From: Bradyrhizobium sp.
GTDB lineage: Bacteria; Pseudomonadota; Alphaproteobacteria; Rhizobiales; Xanthobacteraceae
Length of the DNA: 49,329 bases
Direction of reading: 5' to 3'
NCBI GenBank assembly: GCA_019243075.1
Contig: JAFAUV010000190.1
Location: 1-49,329 of the forward strand
Of the stretch, positions 32,623 to 42,728 are shown one piece after another. Under the pieces are notes generated by a model that had not been told where the DNA came from, did not search any database, and worked only from the letters and a program-made list of their open reading frames with translations. A program made the translations under genes and the position numbers. The stretch's first letter is position 1, and each line of letters opens with the position of its first letter.

Positions 32623-33290
32623 GCCGTACCGACGATCGTAATCCTCCGCGCGATGCCTCACGCGGTCTTTCCCGAGACCCAGCACGCGATCCTTCACGCG
32701 ATCCTTCACGTGATCCTTCACGTGATCCTTCACGTGATCCTTGGCGCGCCTTCGTTCCGGTAGTGCAGATTCCCGACACCGGCCTGCATCGCGAGATCGA
32801 AGCAGATCAAGCCGCGCGCGCGGCGATGGCCGAGATCGCGGACCTGCGCGAGATTTCCTACGCTCGCGCCGCCTTCGATCTCGCGCCGCGGAGCGGCGGG
32901 CGGGTTCATGTCGTGGGCCGCTTGCAGGCCAGGGTGGGGCAGAATTGCGTGGTGACGCTCGAACCGATCGAGAATGACATCGATGAAGAGATCGATCTGA
33001 TGTTTGCGCCTTCGGAGCAGATCCCTGACCTCGCCGAAGCCGATGGCGACGAGGGCGATAGCACGACCGACATGACGGATGCGCCGGAGCCGATCGAGAA
33101 CGGCATCATCGATCTCGGCCGGCTGGCGACCGACGTGCTTTATCTCGCCATCGATCCCTATCCACGCAAACAGGGCGCCGTGTTCGAGCCGAAAATGGCG
33201 GCCGCCGATCCCGAGGACCGTCCCTTTGCCGCGCTGAAATCGCTGCAACTCGATCCTGCGAAACCTTCGCCTAAGCCGAAAGGCAAATAG
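32619..33290 (+). CDS. YceD/DUF177 family protein with N-terminal RDPS repeats
   Basis: QNCVVTLEP, IDLG, LAIDPYPRK, RPFAALKSL; lies upstream of plsX. Confidence 0.9.
   Translation: MSRTDDRNPPRDASRGLSRDPARDPSRDPSRDPSRDPSRDPWRAFVPVVQIPDTGLHREIEADQAARAAMAEIADLREISYARAAFDLAPRSGGRVHVVGRLQARVGQNCVVTLEPIENDIDEEIDLMFAPSEQIPDLAEADGDEGDSTTDMTDAPEPIENGIIDLGRLATDVLYLAIDPYPRKQGAVFEPKMAAADPEDRPFAALKSLQLDPAKPSPKPKGK
32683..32742 (+). repeat. 12-bp tandem repeat CACG(C/T)GATCCTT x5 (plus about 4 degenerate units from 32637)
   Basis: Read directly; encodes RNPP-RDAS-RGLS-RDPA-(RDPS)4-RDPW. Confidence 0.95.
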
Positions 33291-33534
33291 GAGCTTCCGA
33301 GTACACCGATAAGAAGCGCGATTCCACGAGCTTATGGTCGCATCGTGATTCCTGTCGCAGTGGTTCCATGAGCAAAAGGCGGGGGTCAAGAGGTTGTGTC
33401 GGCACGCCGAAACGTTATTGTCCGCCCGCGCGGCCGGCGGCCGCGAGCCATCGGCCGTTCGCCACAGGAGGTGATGGCCAAGCAACTGGCGATCACGAAT
33501 TTGGCGACCAAGTCATCAGGTTTCCGGGACATTC

Positions 33535-34590
33535 ATGCCTCAAAAGGTTCGAATCGCGCTTGACGCCATGGGTGGCGATGTCGGCGCGTCCGTCGTCGTG
33601 CCTGGGGCCGCGATCTCGCTGTCACGGCACCCCGACGCCGAATTTCTGCTGTTCGGCAAGCGCGACCTCATCGAAGCCGAGCTTGCACGCCATCCGAAGC
33701 TGAAGGCGGTCTCCCGCGTCATCCATACCGATGTCGCCGTCAACATGGAGGACAAGCCGAGCCAGGCGCTGCGGCGCGGCCGCAAGACCTCCTCGATGTG
33801 GCTTGCGATCGATGCGGTGAAGAAGGGCGAAGCCGATGTCGCGGTCTCCGCCGGCAACACCGGCGCGTTGATGGCGATGGCGCGGTTCATTTTGCATATG
33901 CTTGACGGCATCGACCGTCCGGCGATCGCGGCGGTCTGGCCGACCCTGCGCGGGGAATCGGTGGTGCTCGATCTCGGTGCCACCATCGGCGGCGACGCGC
34001 GCCACCTGGTGGCGCTGGCGGCGATGGGCAGTGCGATGGCTAGCGTGCTGCTCAACCTGCAGCGGCCCAAGGTCGGCTTCCTCAACATCGGAACCGAGGA
34101 GATCAAGGGCCATGAGGAGATCCGTGAGGCCGGAGAGCTGCTGCGCGCGATGAACCTGCCCCAGCTCGAATATGTCGGCTTCGTCGAGGGCGACGGCATC
34201 GGCAGGGGCGTGGCCGACGTGATCGTGGCCGAAGGCTTCAGCGGCAACATCGCGCTGAAGACCGCGGAGGGCACGGCCCGCCAGATCAGCGAGTTCCTGC
34301 GCGCGGCAATCGGAAAGAGCTGGCTCGCCCGGATCGGCTACCTGCTGGCGCGCCGGGCGTTCCGCGAGCTGCGCGAAAAGCTCGACCCGAAGAAGTCCAA
34401 TGGCGGGGTGTTCCTGGGGCTGCGGGGCGTCGTGGTCAAAAGCCATGGCGGGATCGACGCCGAGGGCTTTGCCTATGCCGTGGATGTTGGCTATGAGATG
34501 GTCCGCTACGATCTCCTGACCAAGATCAATCAAATGCTCAACCGTGATGGCGGCACGCTTTCGTCCGTGCCGCAGGAGGCTGTCTCGTGA
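33535..34590 (+). CDS. plsX: Phosphate acyltransferase PlsX
   Basis: [37 protein letters not shown]. Confidence 0.97.
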   Translation: MPQKVRIALDAMGGDVGASVVVPGAAISLSRHPDAEFLLFGKRDLIEAELARHPKLKAVSRVIHTDVAVNMEDKPSQALRRGRKTSSMWLAIDAVKKGEADVAVSAGNTGALMAMARFILHMLDGIDRPAIAAVWPTLRGESVVLDLGATIGGDARHLVALAAMGSAMASVLLNLQRPKVGFLNIGTEEIKGHEEIREAGELLRAMNLPQLEYVGFVEGDGIGRGVADVIVAEGFSGNIALKTAEGTARQISEFLRAAIGKSWLARIGYLLARRAFRELREKLDPKKSNGGVFLGLRGVVVKSHGGIDAEGFAYAVDVGYEMVRYDLLTKINQMLNRDGGTLSSVPQEAVS

Positions 34591-35561
34591 CTCTGCGTTC
34601 GGTGGTGCTCGGCTGCGGCTCCTATCTGCCGCAGCAGACTTTGACCAATGCCGAGCTCGCCGCGCGGATCGACACTTCCGACGAGTGGATCGTGCAGCGC
34701 ACCGGCATCCGCGAACGCCATATCGCGGCCGAAGGCGAGTTCACCTCGCATCTTGCGATCAATGCCGCCAAGGCCGCGCTCGCCAGTGCCGGCATCGACG
34801 CGCAGGCGATCGACCTGATCGTGCTCGCGACCTCCACGCCCGACAACACCTTCCCCGCGACCGCGGTTGCGGTCCAGACCGGGCTCGGCATCCACCATGG
34901 CGCCGCCTTCGACCTGCAGGCGGTCTGCACCGGCTTCGTGTTTGCGCTCGCGACCGCCGACAATTTCCTGCGCATGGGCGCGTTCAAGCGGGCGCTGGTG
35001 ATCGGCGCCGAGACTTTTTCCCGCATCCTCGACTGGAACGACCGTGGCACCTGCGTGCTGTTCGGCGATGGCGCCGGGGCCATCGTGCTGGAAGCACAGC
35101 AGCAGTCCGGCAAGACCTCCGATCGTGGCGTGCTCACCACGCATCTGCGTTCCGACGGCCGGCACAAGTCAAAGCTCTATGTCGACGGCGGCCCGTCCTC
35201 GTCCATGACCGTCGGCCACCTGCGCATGGAGGGGCGCGAGGTGTTCAAGCACGCCGTCGGCATGATCACGGATGTGATCGTCGCTGCCTTCAACGCCACG
35301 GGGCTGTCGGCCGAGGACATCCACTGGTTCATTCCCCACCAGGCGAACAAGCGAATCATCGATGCGTCCGCGCACAAGCTTGATATTGCGCCGCAGAAAG
35401 TCGTGCTGACGGTGGACCGGCACGGCAACACCTCGGCGGCCTCGATTCCGCTGGCGATCGATGTCGCGGTGAAGGATGGACGCGTGAAGAAGGGCGATTT
35501 GGTGCTCCTGGAAGCGATGGGTGGCGGTTTCACCTGGGGGTCCGCGCTGTTGCGCTGGTGA
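34587..35561 (+). CDS. fabH: Beta-ketoacyl-ACP synthase III
   Basis: [33 protein letters not shown]. Confidence 0.97.
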   Translation: MTLRSVVLGCGSYLPQQTLTNAELAARIDTSDEWIVQRTGIRERHIAAEGEFTSHLAINAAKAALASAGIDAQAIDLIVLATSTPDNTFPATAVAVQTGLGIHHGAAFDLQAVCTGFVFALATADNFLRMGAFKRALVIGAETFSRILDWNDRGTCVLFGDGAGAIVLEAQQQSGKTSDRGVLTTHLRSDGRHKSKLYVDGGPSSSMTVGHLRMEGREVFKHAVGMITDVIVAAFNATGLSAEDIHWFIPHQANKRIIDASAHKLDIAPQKVVLTVDRHGNTSAASIPLAIDVAVKDGRVKKGDLVLLEAMGGGFTWGSALLRW

Positions 35562-35690
35562 CGCACTTCCAAAATTGTCGGCATGTCATGCCTCGATTTT
35601 GCCACCTAACTGTTCAGCGCGCTGTTGACCATCGCCCGTTAACCTCTTAATTTCAGATGAAAATTGTTCGCCGTGAGTTGGGGCAAGGCG

Positions 35691-36023
35691 ATGACCGGAA
35701 CCGGAAAAACAGTGACACGCGTGGATTTGTGCGAGGCCGTCTATCAGAAGGTCGGGTTGTCACGTACGGAATCATCGGCCTTCGTCGAGCTGGTGCTGAA
35801 GGAAATTACCGATTGTCTGGAGAAGGGTGAGACGGTCAAGCTTTCCTCGTTCGGCTCCTTCATGGTGCGCAAGAAAGGTCAACGTATCGGCCGTAATCCA
35901 AAGACCGGAACCGAAGTACCGATCTCGCCGCGGCGCGTGATGGTGTTCAAGCCGTCGGCCATTCTGAAACAGCGGATCAACGGTCATCAGGCGGCCAGCA
36001 ATGGCGCCGAGAAGACCGAATAA
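35691..36023 (+). CDS. ihfA: Integration host factor subunit alpha
   Basis: [27 protein letters not shown]; fabH-ihfA-merR synteny. Confidence 0.96.
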   Translation: MTGTGKTVTRVDLCEAVYQKVGLSRTESSAFVELVLKEITDCLEKGETVKLSSFGSFMVRKKGQRIGRNPKTGTEVPISPRRVMVFKPSAILKQRINGHQAASNGAEKTE

Positions 36024-36048
36024 CATCTGAACCAAAGGACGCGGGCAT

Positions 36049-36627
36049 TTGGACAAGGCGCCGGATGCGTTCCGAACCATCAGCGAAGTCGCTGGTGATC
36101 TCGATATTCCCCAGCACGTGCTGCGGTTCTGGGAAACTCGCTTCGGGCAGATCAAGCCGATGAAGCGAAGCGGGGGGCGGCGCTATTACCGTCCCGATGA
36201 CGTTGACCTGCTCAAGGGCATCCGGCGCCTGCTGTACGGCGAGGGCTATACCATCCGCGGGGTGCAGCGCATCCTCAAGGAGCACGGCATCAAATCGGTG
36301 CAGAGCCTTGCCGACAGCAACGCTGCGGTTTCGTTCGGCGCCATCGAGGAAGCGATCGGCCAGAGCCTCCTGGAGGACGGCAAGGACGATATCGGCGCCG
36401 ATCTCGAGGCGGAGGCCGAGGACGAGGAGTACGAGGGCAGCGAAGAGGACGGCATCGATTTCCGCTTTGTCGACGCCGAAAGCGACATCCTCAAGACCTT
36501 CCGCGTGGGCTCGGGCCATGGTCGCGCCGCCGAGCACCATGTGATCGACCGTGAGCGGCTGGAAAGCGTCCTGAAAGAGCTCGTCGCCTGCCGCCAGATG
36601 CTGGATCGCGCGCTCAAGGACGGCTAG
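36049..36627 (+). CDS. MerR-family HTH regulator
   Basis: FRTISEVA…HVLRFWE…[10 protein letters not shown]; TTG start; acidic linker. Confidence 0.92.
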   Translation: MDKAPDAFRTISEVAGDLDIPQHVLRFWETRFGQIKPMKRSGGRRYYRPDDVDLLKGIRRLLYGEGYTIRGVQRILKEHGIKSVQSLADSNAAVSFGAIEEAIGQSLLEDGKDDIGADLEAEAEDEEYEGSEEDGIDFRFVDAESDILKTFRVGSGHGRAAEHHVIDRERLESVLKELVACRQMLDRALKDG

Positions 36628-36700
36628 CGGGTTTTTCGGCGGAATCGAACGCAAATCCGCGCCTTGCGCGGCAGCCGGATCGAAGCTAATGGAACGGCAT

Positions 36701-36778
36701 CGGAGCGTGGCGCAGCCCGGTTAGCGCACTAGTCTGGGAGACTAGGGGTCGGAGGTTCAAATCCTCTCGCTCCGACCA
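36701..36778 (+). tRNA. tRNA-Pro(GGG)
   Basis: Acceptor stem CGGAGCG/CGCTCCG, anticodon arm CTAGT-CTGGGAG-ACTAG, T-loop GGTTCAAATCC, encoded CCA. Confidence 0.97.
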
Positions 36779-36927
36779 TTTTCCTCTCAAGAGTTCAACT
36801 GCCCGAGATCGAGCGCGCAAAGATGCGATCGCTCACGACGGACTTCGCAGCTGGCAAAGCAAAAACCGCCTCTACAACGAGCGAGCACGTTTACGGCGCC
36901 TTAACCACATGGGCACACCATCAAATC

Positions 36928-37167
36928 ATGAAGAATCGCGGCAATACCAGCGCGGTGAGCAAGGGCCCGGACCGGGACCATGCACTTCTGACGGCGTTTT
37001 TGGAAGCGACCGACAAGATCGATCGACGGGCCGTTCAAAAGCGGGACGCGATTAGCGCAGCGTCCAAGCAGGCGCCCGAGCCTGTCAACCTGGAAGCACA
37101 GCCGACATCAACGGCATCCCGCGTTACGTCCTTTAGCTTCCGGCGGGCCAACCTGGTGAAAAGCTAA
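36928..37167 (+). CDS. Hypothetical protein (about 79 aa)
   Basis: Open frame 36823-37167; ATG 36928 lies downstream of a TTTA-N7-TTAAC site. The coding signal is weak. Confidence 0.4.
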   Translation: MKNRGNTSAVSKGPDRDHALLTAFLEATDKIDRRAVQKRDAISAASKQAPEPVNLEAQPTSTASRVTSFSFRRANLVKS

Positions 37168-37195
37168 ACCCGACAAGGCTGCGCGCCCGATCAAG

Positions 37196-37327
37196 TTAAA
37201 TCCCCAGCACCCATACCGCGACGATGGTGGCGATCACGGCGAGGCCGCTGATGGTCCATCCGGTCACATAGGCCGGGCCATGGCCTTCGGGTTGCTCGAC
37301 CATGCTGTCGTGCCACTGGTGGTTCAT
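37196..37327 (-). CDS. Small C-terminally anchored membrane protein (43 aa)
   Basis: Strong AGGAGG RBS before ATG 37327; C-terminal TM GWTISGLAVIATIVAVWVLGI. Confidence 0.7.
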   Translation of the reverse strand: MNHQWHDSMVEQPEGHGPAYVTGWTISGLAVIATIVAVWVLGI

Positions 37328-37514
37328 CCTTGCCTCCTGCAGGACTGCCTCCCGTAAGGTAAGTCTCGGCATCCGGCGCAAGGTTCAAACGATGCCCGCG
37401 GGGGCGGCCTTGCGCGCACCGGAAAGCGGCCCCGCCGTTGACTTTGGGCGCGGCGCGTCGGAAGCCATTTCCGAGAAAAACCAACGGAAAAACCAAGGGA
37501 AGGTGAGGACGCGG

Positions 37515-38477
37515 ATGAGGGATTTTGCCGGAAAGATTGCCGTGATCACCGGGGGCGGCACGGGCATGGGACGCGAACTGGCACGCCAGCTTGTGGCCGA
37601 GGGCTGCAATGTCGCCATGTGCGACGTCTCGGCGGAGAACATGGCCGAGACCAAGCGGCTCTGCGAGGTCGAGAAGCCGCCGCAGGGACTTCGCGTCACC
37701 ACCCACATCGCCGATGTCTCGATCGAGGACCAGCTCCAGCGGTTTCGCGACGAGTTGATCGAACAGCAGAAGACCGACAAGATCCATCTGCTGTTCAACA
37801 ATGCCGGCATCGGCGGCGGCGGCAGCCTGTTCACCAATTCGCGCGAGCAGTGGGAGCGCACCTTCGACATCTGCTGGGGCGGCGTCTATCTCGGCGTCCG
37901 CACCTTCCTGCCGCTGTTGCTCAAGGCCGATCAAGCCCACATCGTCAACACCTCGAGCGTCAACGGCTTTTGGGCCTCCATCGGCCCTGGTGTGCCGCAC
38001 ACCGCCTATAGTGCGGCGAAATTCGCGGTGAAGGGATTTACCGAGGCCTTGATCACGGATCTGCGGCTCAACGCGCCGCATGTGAAATGCTCGGTGGTGA
38101 TGCCCGGCCATATCGGCACCTCGATCGTGTCGAACTCGCGCCTGATGCAGAACGGTTCGGACCGGCTCACGCCGAACGAGCTGGCGCAGGCGCGAGTCCG
38201 CATGAAGGGAATGGGCCTCGATGTCGAGGCCATGGGCGACGAGGAAATCCAGCAGCAGGCGCAGGAGCGCGCGCGCAGCTTTCGCGATGAGGCGCCGACC
38301 ACCGCGGCCGAAGCCGCCAGGATCATCCTCGACGGCGTCAGGGCGGAGCGCTGGCGCATCCTGGTCGGCGACGACGCGCACAAGCTCGACGAGCGGGTGC
38401 GGAAATCGCCGGAAGAGGCCTATACGCCGGCATTTTTCCAGAGCTTTGCCGAGGAGGCCGGCTGGAAGCTCGGCTGA
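37515..38477 (+). CDS. Short-chain dehydrogenase/reductase
   Basis: ITGGGTGMG, NNAG, NTSS, YSAAK; GAGGA RBS. Confidence 0.93.
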   Translation: MRDFAGKIAVITGGGTGMGRELARQLVAEGCNVAMCDVSAENMAETKRLCEVEKPPQGLRVTTHIADVSIEDQLQRFRDELIEQQKTDKIHLLFNNAGIGGGGSLFTNSREQWERTFDICWGGVYLGVRTFLPLLLKADQAHIVNTSSVNGFWASIGPGVPHTAYSAAKFAVKGFTEALITDLRLNAPHVKCSVVMPGHIGTSIVSNSRLMQNGSDRLTPNELAQARVRMKGMGLDVEAMGDEEIQQQAQERARSFRDEAPTTAAEAARIILDGVRAERWRILVGDDAHKLDERVRKSPEEAYTPAFFQSFAEEAGWKLG

Positions 38478-38492
38478 GCGCGCTTGATGCCG

Positions 38493-38948
38493 CTACCGCG
38501 CATTCACCCGGTAGGCGAGGCGGCTATGGCCGGCGCAATAGGGCATGCCCTGAAGCGGCGTGTTGCCGCAGAAGCAGAAATCGGCTTGTCCCGGGGTAGA
38601 GATCGGCCAGCGGCAGGTGTCGTTGGAGAGCTCGAACAACGAGCAGGTATGGCCGTTGTGGATCGGCTCGTCCTCGAGGACCGGTTCGGCCGTCCGCGGG
38701 AAGGATTTCAGCAAAATCTGCCGCAGCCGCCGCGCCCCGCGCGCAGGTTTCGTGCCTGCGGCTTCCTTCTTCGGCGCGCGCATGACGCCCTTGTCGCGGA
38801 CGAGGTTGAGCCGCGAAATCTTGCCGATCACGGCATTGCGGCTGACGCCGATCTCGTTGGCGATCTCGCGGCAGGAGAGGCCGGCTTGAAAATGCACTTT
38901 CAGGGCTTCGACGCGGTCGTCGGTCCAGGTTTGCAAGAGAGAGGGCAT
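38493..38948 (-). CDS. GcrA-family cell-cycle regulator (paralog)
   Basis: WTDDRVEALK…GLSCREIA..IGVSRNAVIGK HTH and CRWPI…FCFCG…PYCAGH..LAY C-domain. Confidence 0.9.
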   Translation of the reverse strand: MPSLLQTWTDDRVEALKVHFQAGLSCREIANEIGVSRNAVIGKISRLNLVRDKGVMRAPKKEAAGTKPARGARRLRQILLKSFPRTAEPVLEDEPIHNGHTCSLFELSNDTCRWPISTPGQADFCFCGNTPLQGMPYCAGHSRLAYRVNAR

Positions 38949-39031
38949 GAATTCAGTTCCAAGTTGTGATCCTTTCGGGATCGCCTTGGCCATGCGCTGC
39001 ACCGACCCGGCCGCGCCCAATCCCCCTGCCG

Positions 39032-39229
39032 CTACGCTTTGCCATTGTCACGGATGGAAAGCAGCCCGTCCTTGATGGCGAGGCGGATGCCTTCCTCAAT
39101 CAGCGTCCGGGCGACGCCGGGAACGCTGGTGCCGTGGGTGCCGTGTCTCACGAGTTTCTCGAGATAGGCAATGGTCGAAAGCGCCAAGGTGACGGGTACG
39201 CGGTCAGTCTCGGCTTTTTCCGTGGCCAT
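39032..39229 (-). CDS. Small ribbon-helix-helix-like DNA-binding protein (65 aa)
   Basis: Beta strand RVPVTL, helix STIAYLEKLVRHG, GTS turn, helix VPGVARTLIEEGIRLAI. Confidence 0.7.
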   Translation of the reverse strand: MATEKAETDRVPVTLALSTIAYLEKLVRHGTHGTSVPGVARTLIEEGIRLAIKDGLLSIRDNGKA

Positions 39230-39270
39230 GCCAGACGCTAGTCCGTTACTCGTGTACAGAAAAGTATCAA

Positions 39271-39285
39271 TTAAGACTCTATTAA
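39271..39285 (-). promoter_or_regulatory. CtrA box TTAA-N7-TTAA containing a GANTC site
   Basis: TTAA-GACTCTA-TTAA about 40 bp upstream of the RHH gene start, in an AT-rich intergenic region. Confidence 0.7.
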
Positions 39286-39495
39286 GTTACGGGAAATTGA
39301 TGAAGCTGTCAATGGCTTACCTTTAAGCCTTTGAAGTTTCACATGAATTATAATCGCGCGAATCCGGCGCCTCCGTTCGCGTCAGAACGAGGGCCGCTGA
39401 CCCCGGTATCTTACGGAAAACGGTGGAATCGACGTGGAGTCTGTTGATGGGAGGGAGGTCTAAAACCGCGCCGACCCGCATCCCTGCTACGGAAA

Positions 39496-40734
39496 TCAGC
39501 CCGGCACCTTCAGCCAACGTGCCACGCTGAAGATGATCAGCCCCACGAGCCCGCCGACCAGCGTGCCGTTGATGCGGATATACTGCAGGTCGCGGCCGAC
39601 CTGAAGCTCGATGCGGCGGACCAGCGTCTCGGCATCCCAGTCCTCGACCACCTTGCGGATGAAGGCGGCGATCTCGGTACGCCGCGGGGCGACCGTGCGC
39701 AGGAGGGCGACGCGGAGCCAGCGGTTGATGCCCTCGCCGATGCGTTCGTCGGTGGCGAGCCGCTCGCCGGCGGTGAGCAATGCCTGCTCGAGCATCTCGG
39801 ACAGACGGCTGGAGGAGGTGACGGAGTTGAGCTTGTCCTCGATCTCGCCCCACATCGCGTCGATCTGCTTCACGACGACGGGGTTTTCCAGGATGCGCGC
39901 CTTTAATTCCTCGCCGCGCGCCAACATCTCCGGATTGGTGGCGAGATCGGCCACCAGCTTTTCGACCGCGCTCGACAGCTCGATGCGCCAGGGATGGCTG
40001 GGCTCGCGCATCTCCTCCAGCGCCTGCGTGAGGCCGGCGACGATTCTGTCGGCCATGATCCCGTCGACCCATTTCGGGATCAGCCGCGAGGATCGCTGCG
40101 AGACCTTCTGCCTGATGGTCTCGCGATGTCGTTGCAGCGTCGCGCTCGCATAGCTGATGCCATGCTCGATCAGCGTCTGCATCTCGCCATGAGCCCAGAC
40201 CAGCGCCAGCAGCCGTGAGGCGAGCGGTGCTGCGGGCATCGCCTCGATGCCATAACGCGCCGCTTGGGTGAGGAATGCGTTGACATCCTCGCGCGGCAGC
40301 GAGTTCACCGCCTGCTGCAGCACGGAGGCCGTGCGCTGCGCAAGGCTTTGGGCATTGCCGGGCCTGGCGAGCCAGCGCGAAATCCAGCCGGCGATATCGA
40401 CTTCCCGGATCCGCTCGGCGAGCACCCTGGGCGAGAGGAAATTGTTCGCCGTGAAGCGGCCGATGGCGATCCCGATGCGCTCCTTGCTGCGCGGCACGAT
40501 GGCGGTGTGCGGGATCGGAATGCCGAAGGGATGGCGGAACAGCGCCACCACGGCGAACCAGTCGGCACAGGCGCCGATCATGCCGGCTTCGGCGAATGCG
40601 CGCGGATAGGCGAGCCAGGGCCACTCCGCCTCGGCGAACGAGGTGGCGACGAAGATTGCGAACATCAGCACCAGCAGCGCGGTGGCAAAGAAGCGCATCC
40701 GCTTGAGATCGCGCTGGCGGGTATCTGTGTTCAT
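39496..40734 (-). CDS. DUF445 family membrane protein
   Basis: AEAGMIGACADWFAVVALFRHP…PHTAI, GRDLQYIRINGTLVGGLVG. The real start is MNTDTR at 40734. Confidence 0.92.
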   Translation of the reverse strand: MNTDTRQRDLKRMRFFATALLVLMFAIFVATSFAEAEWPWLAYPRAFAEAGMIGACADWFAVVALFRHPFGIPIPHTAIVPRSKERIGIAIGRFTANNFLSPRVLAERIREVDIAGWISRWLARPGNAQSLAQRTASVLQQAVNSLPREDVNAFLTQAARYGIEAMPAAPLASRLLALVWAHGEMQTLIEHGISYASATLQRHRETIRQKVSQRSSRLIPKWVDGIMADRIVAGLTQALEEMREPSHPWRIELSSAVEKLVADLATNPEMLARGEELKARILENPVVVKQIDAMWGEIEDKLNSVTSSSRLSEMLEQALLTAGERLATDERIGEGINRWLRVALLRTVAPRRTEIAAFIRKVVEDWDAETLVRRIELQVGRDLQYIRINGTLVGGLVGLIIFSVARWLKVPG

Positions 40735-40775
40735 CTCAACCGGCAATCTGGATGCCGCCGAAAAACGGTTGCCTG

Positions 40776-41717
40776 CTATCCATGCACAATGGTCTTGGCG
40801 ATCATGCAATGGATGCCCTTTGCGCCGTTGACGGTCTGGGTCACCCGCAGATCGGCAGCGAGGCTGCAGAGCGTATAGGCGTCCTCCCGCGACAGATTCC
40901 GCTTCTCGCCGAGGAGGGCGATCATATCGCGCAGAGCCCTGACCACGCATTGGTCGAGGTCCGGGTCCATCGCCATGGTCATGTAGTGGGTCTGCGTCTC
41001 GGCGCGGGGATAATGCAGCTTGATGTCCTTGCGCAGCGTGAGGCGGAAGCGTCCTTGCAGAGCCGTCTCGATGGCCGTGACGCAGACCTCGCCGTCGCCC
41101 TGCACGCCATGGCCGTCGCCACAGGAGAATAGCGCACCGGGAACGAATACCGGCAGATAAAGCCTGGCGCCGGCGCCGAGCTCCTTGTTGTCGAGATTGC
41201 CGCCCATCGCCCGCGGGATCAGCGAGGTGATGCGGCCCCAGGCCGGTGGAGGCGCTGTCCCCATCACGCCGAAGAACGGCGCCAGCGGCAGCTCCAGCCC
41301 CCAGGGCAGCTGGCCGACCATGCGCTTCAAGTCGAGGGGAATGTTGAGCAGCCGCGGCTCGCTGAAATCGTCGGGCAGGGTGCCGGCGAGCGGGCGGATC
41401 AGGTTGTAGCCCCAGTCCTGCCGGAGCTCGACATCGAGGATGTCGACCTCCAGCACGTCGCCCGGCTCGGTCCCGCGAACTGCAATCGGCCCCGTCAGGA
41501 TATGGCCGGGCACCATGCGCTCGCTCCTGGCATGCACGTCGAGAAGTTCGGGCGGAACGTGAAACTTCGCCTTGTCCGGCAGCACGTCCGGGCCGCCGGA
41601 AATGGTGTCGACGGTCACATCGTCGCCGCTGTCGACGGTGAGAGCCGGCTTCAGCGTGGCGTCGAAAAAACCCCAATGGCAGGTTTCGGGGCTCGAATGG
41701 AGATGATGATGGGCCAT
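40776..41717 (-). CDS. Acetamidase/formamidase family protein
   Basis: HILTGPI, PFFGVMG, GGNLDNKEL, GDGHGVQGDGEV..TAIE. Confidence 0.93.
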   Translation of the reverse strand: MAHHHLHSSPETCHWGFFDATLKPALTVDSGDDVTVDTISGGPDVLPDKAKFHVPPELLDVHARSERMVPGHILTGPIAVRGTEPGDVLEVDILDVELRQDWGYNLIRPLAGTLPDDFSEPRLLNIPLDLKRMVGQLPWGLELPLAPFFGVMGTAPPPAWGRITSLIPRAMGGNLDNKELGAGARLYLPVFVPGALFSCGDGHGVQGDGEVCVTAIETALQGRFRLTLRKDIKLHYPRAETQTHYMTMAMDPDLDQCVVRALRDMIALLGEKRNLSREDAYTLCSLAADLRVTQTVNGAKGIHCMIAKTIVHG

Positions 41718-41918
41718 GACGGTCTCTTGACGGTTCTCTGGCGGGCTTCTTGCCCGGTTATTTCGCTCCGGGCATTCTCATGACATGGATGCGATAGCTC
41801 CCACCAACGCTACAGCTTCGGCGGACTGCCGACTATACTGGCCGCCGAAGCTTTCGCGAAGGCGGCAAGTCCCATTCTCGCCCGCGCGTGACGATCCCTT
41901 CAGCCTCAGAGGCCTTCC

Positions 41919-42725
41919 TTGTTCTTTGCACTTTCCAAAACGCTCGGCGTCATGGCGCTGCCGACGAATCTTTTGCTCGGCCTCGGCCTCCTCGGCGTGC
42001 TGCTATGCGCGACGCGCTGGGCGCGGTTCGGGCGCAGGCTGCTCGTGACGATCATGCTGCTGCTCGCCATTTGCGGATTTTCCCCGCTCGGCAATGTCCT
42101 GCTGTACCCGCTGGAGAGTCGTTTCCCGCCATGGAATCCGGCTGGCGGGCCGCCCGACGGCATCATCGTGCTGGGCGGACCGATCGATCCCGACCTTTCG
42201 GTCGAGCACGGCACGCCCGTGATCCACAGTGCGCCCGACCGGATCGTAGCGGGCGCGGCACTCGCCCTCAAATACCCCGACGCCCGCCTTGTCTTTACTG
42301 GCGGCAGCCCCAACCTGATCGCGAACGATGTGCGCGAAGCCGACTATGCCGCAGCGGTGTTCGAAAGCCTGGGCATTGCCAGATCGCGCCTGATGGTGGA
42401 GCGGCGCTCACGCAACACCCACGAGAATGCCGAGTTCACCAGGGACATGGTGCTGCCGAAGCCCGGCGAGCGCTGGCTGCTCGTAACCTCGGCCTTTCAC
42501 ATGCCGCGGGCCATCGGGCTGTTTCGCAAAGCGGGCTTTGCGGTCCAGCCCTATCCGGTGGACTGGCGGGTAGGACGCAAGTGGAGCGAAATTCTGGAAT
42601 TCTCGCCGATCGCCGATGACGGCCTCGGGCGCACCGACCTCGCCTTGCGGGAATGGATGGGGCTGACCGCCTACCGGCTGACCGGCAGGACCGACGCCTT
42701 GCTGCCGGGATCGGCGGTGGAGTAG
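41919..42725 (+). CDS. YdcF/DUF218 (ElyC-like) envelope protein
   Basis: IIVLGG, TGGS, SRNTHENA, LVTSAFHMPRA, REWMG. Confidence 0.92.
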   Translation: MFFALSKTLGVMALPTNLLLGLGLLGVLLCATRWARFGRRLLVTIMLLLAICGFSPLGNVLLYPLESRFPPWNPAGGPPDGIIVLGGPIDPDLSVEHGTPVIHSAPDRIVAGAALALKYPDARLVFTGGSPNLIANDVREADYAAAVFESLGIARSRLMVERRSRNTHENAEFTRDMVLPKPGERWLLVTSAFHMPRAIGLFRKAGFAVQPYPVDWRVGRKWSEILEFSPIADDGLGRTDLALREWMGLTAYRLTGRTDALLPGSAVE

Positions 42726-42728
42726 CGA

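Noticed and set aside
32637-32742. CRISPR-like repeat
   Set aside because: The 12-bp units are contiguous with no spacers, are in frame in a CDS, and no cas genes are present.
33291-33534. rpmF (L32) between yceD and plsX
   Set aside because: No MAVPK-like ORF in any frame I read. Its absence here is common in Rhizobiales.
36701-37500. tRNA-anchored prophage or ICE
   Set aside because: No integrase and no att duplication seen within the window.
39496-41676. 726-aa minus-strand ORF, possible acetamidase-DUF445 fusion
   Set aside because: The N-terminal ~310 aa is an Arg/Ala-rich off-frame shadow of the acetamidase, which has its own stop at 40776. DUF445 starts at 40734. No slippery site was seen.
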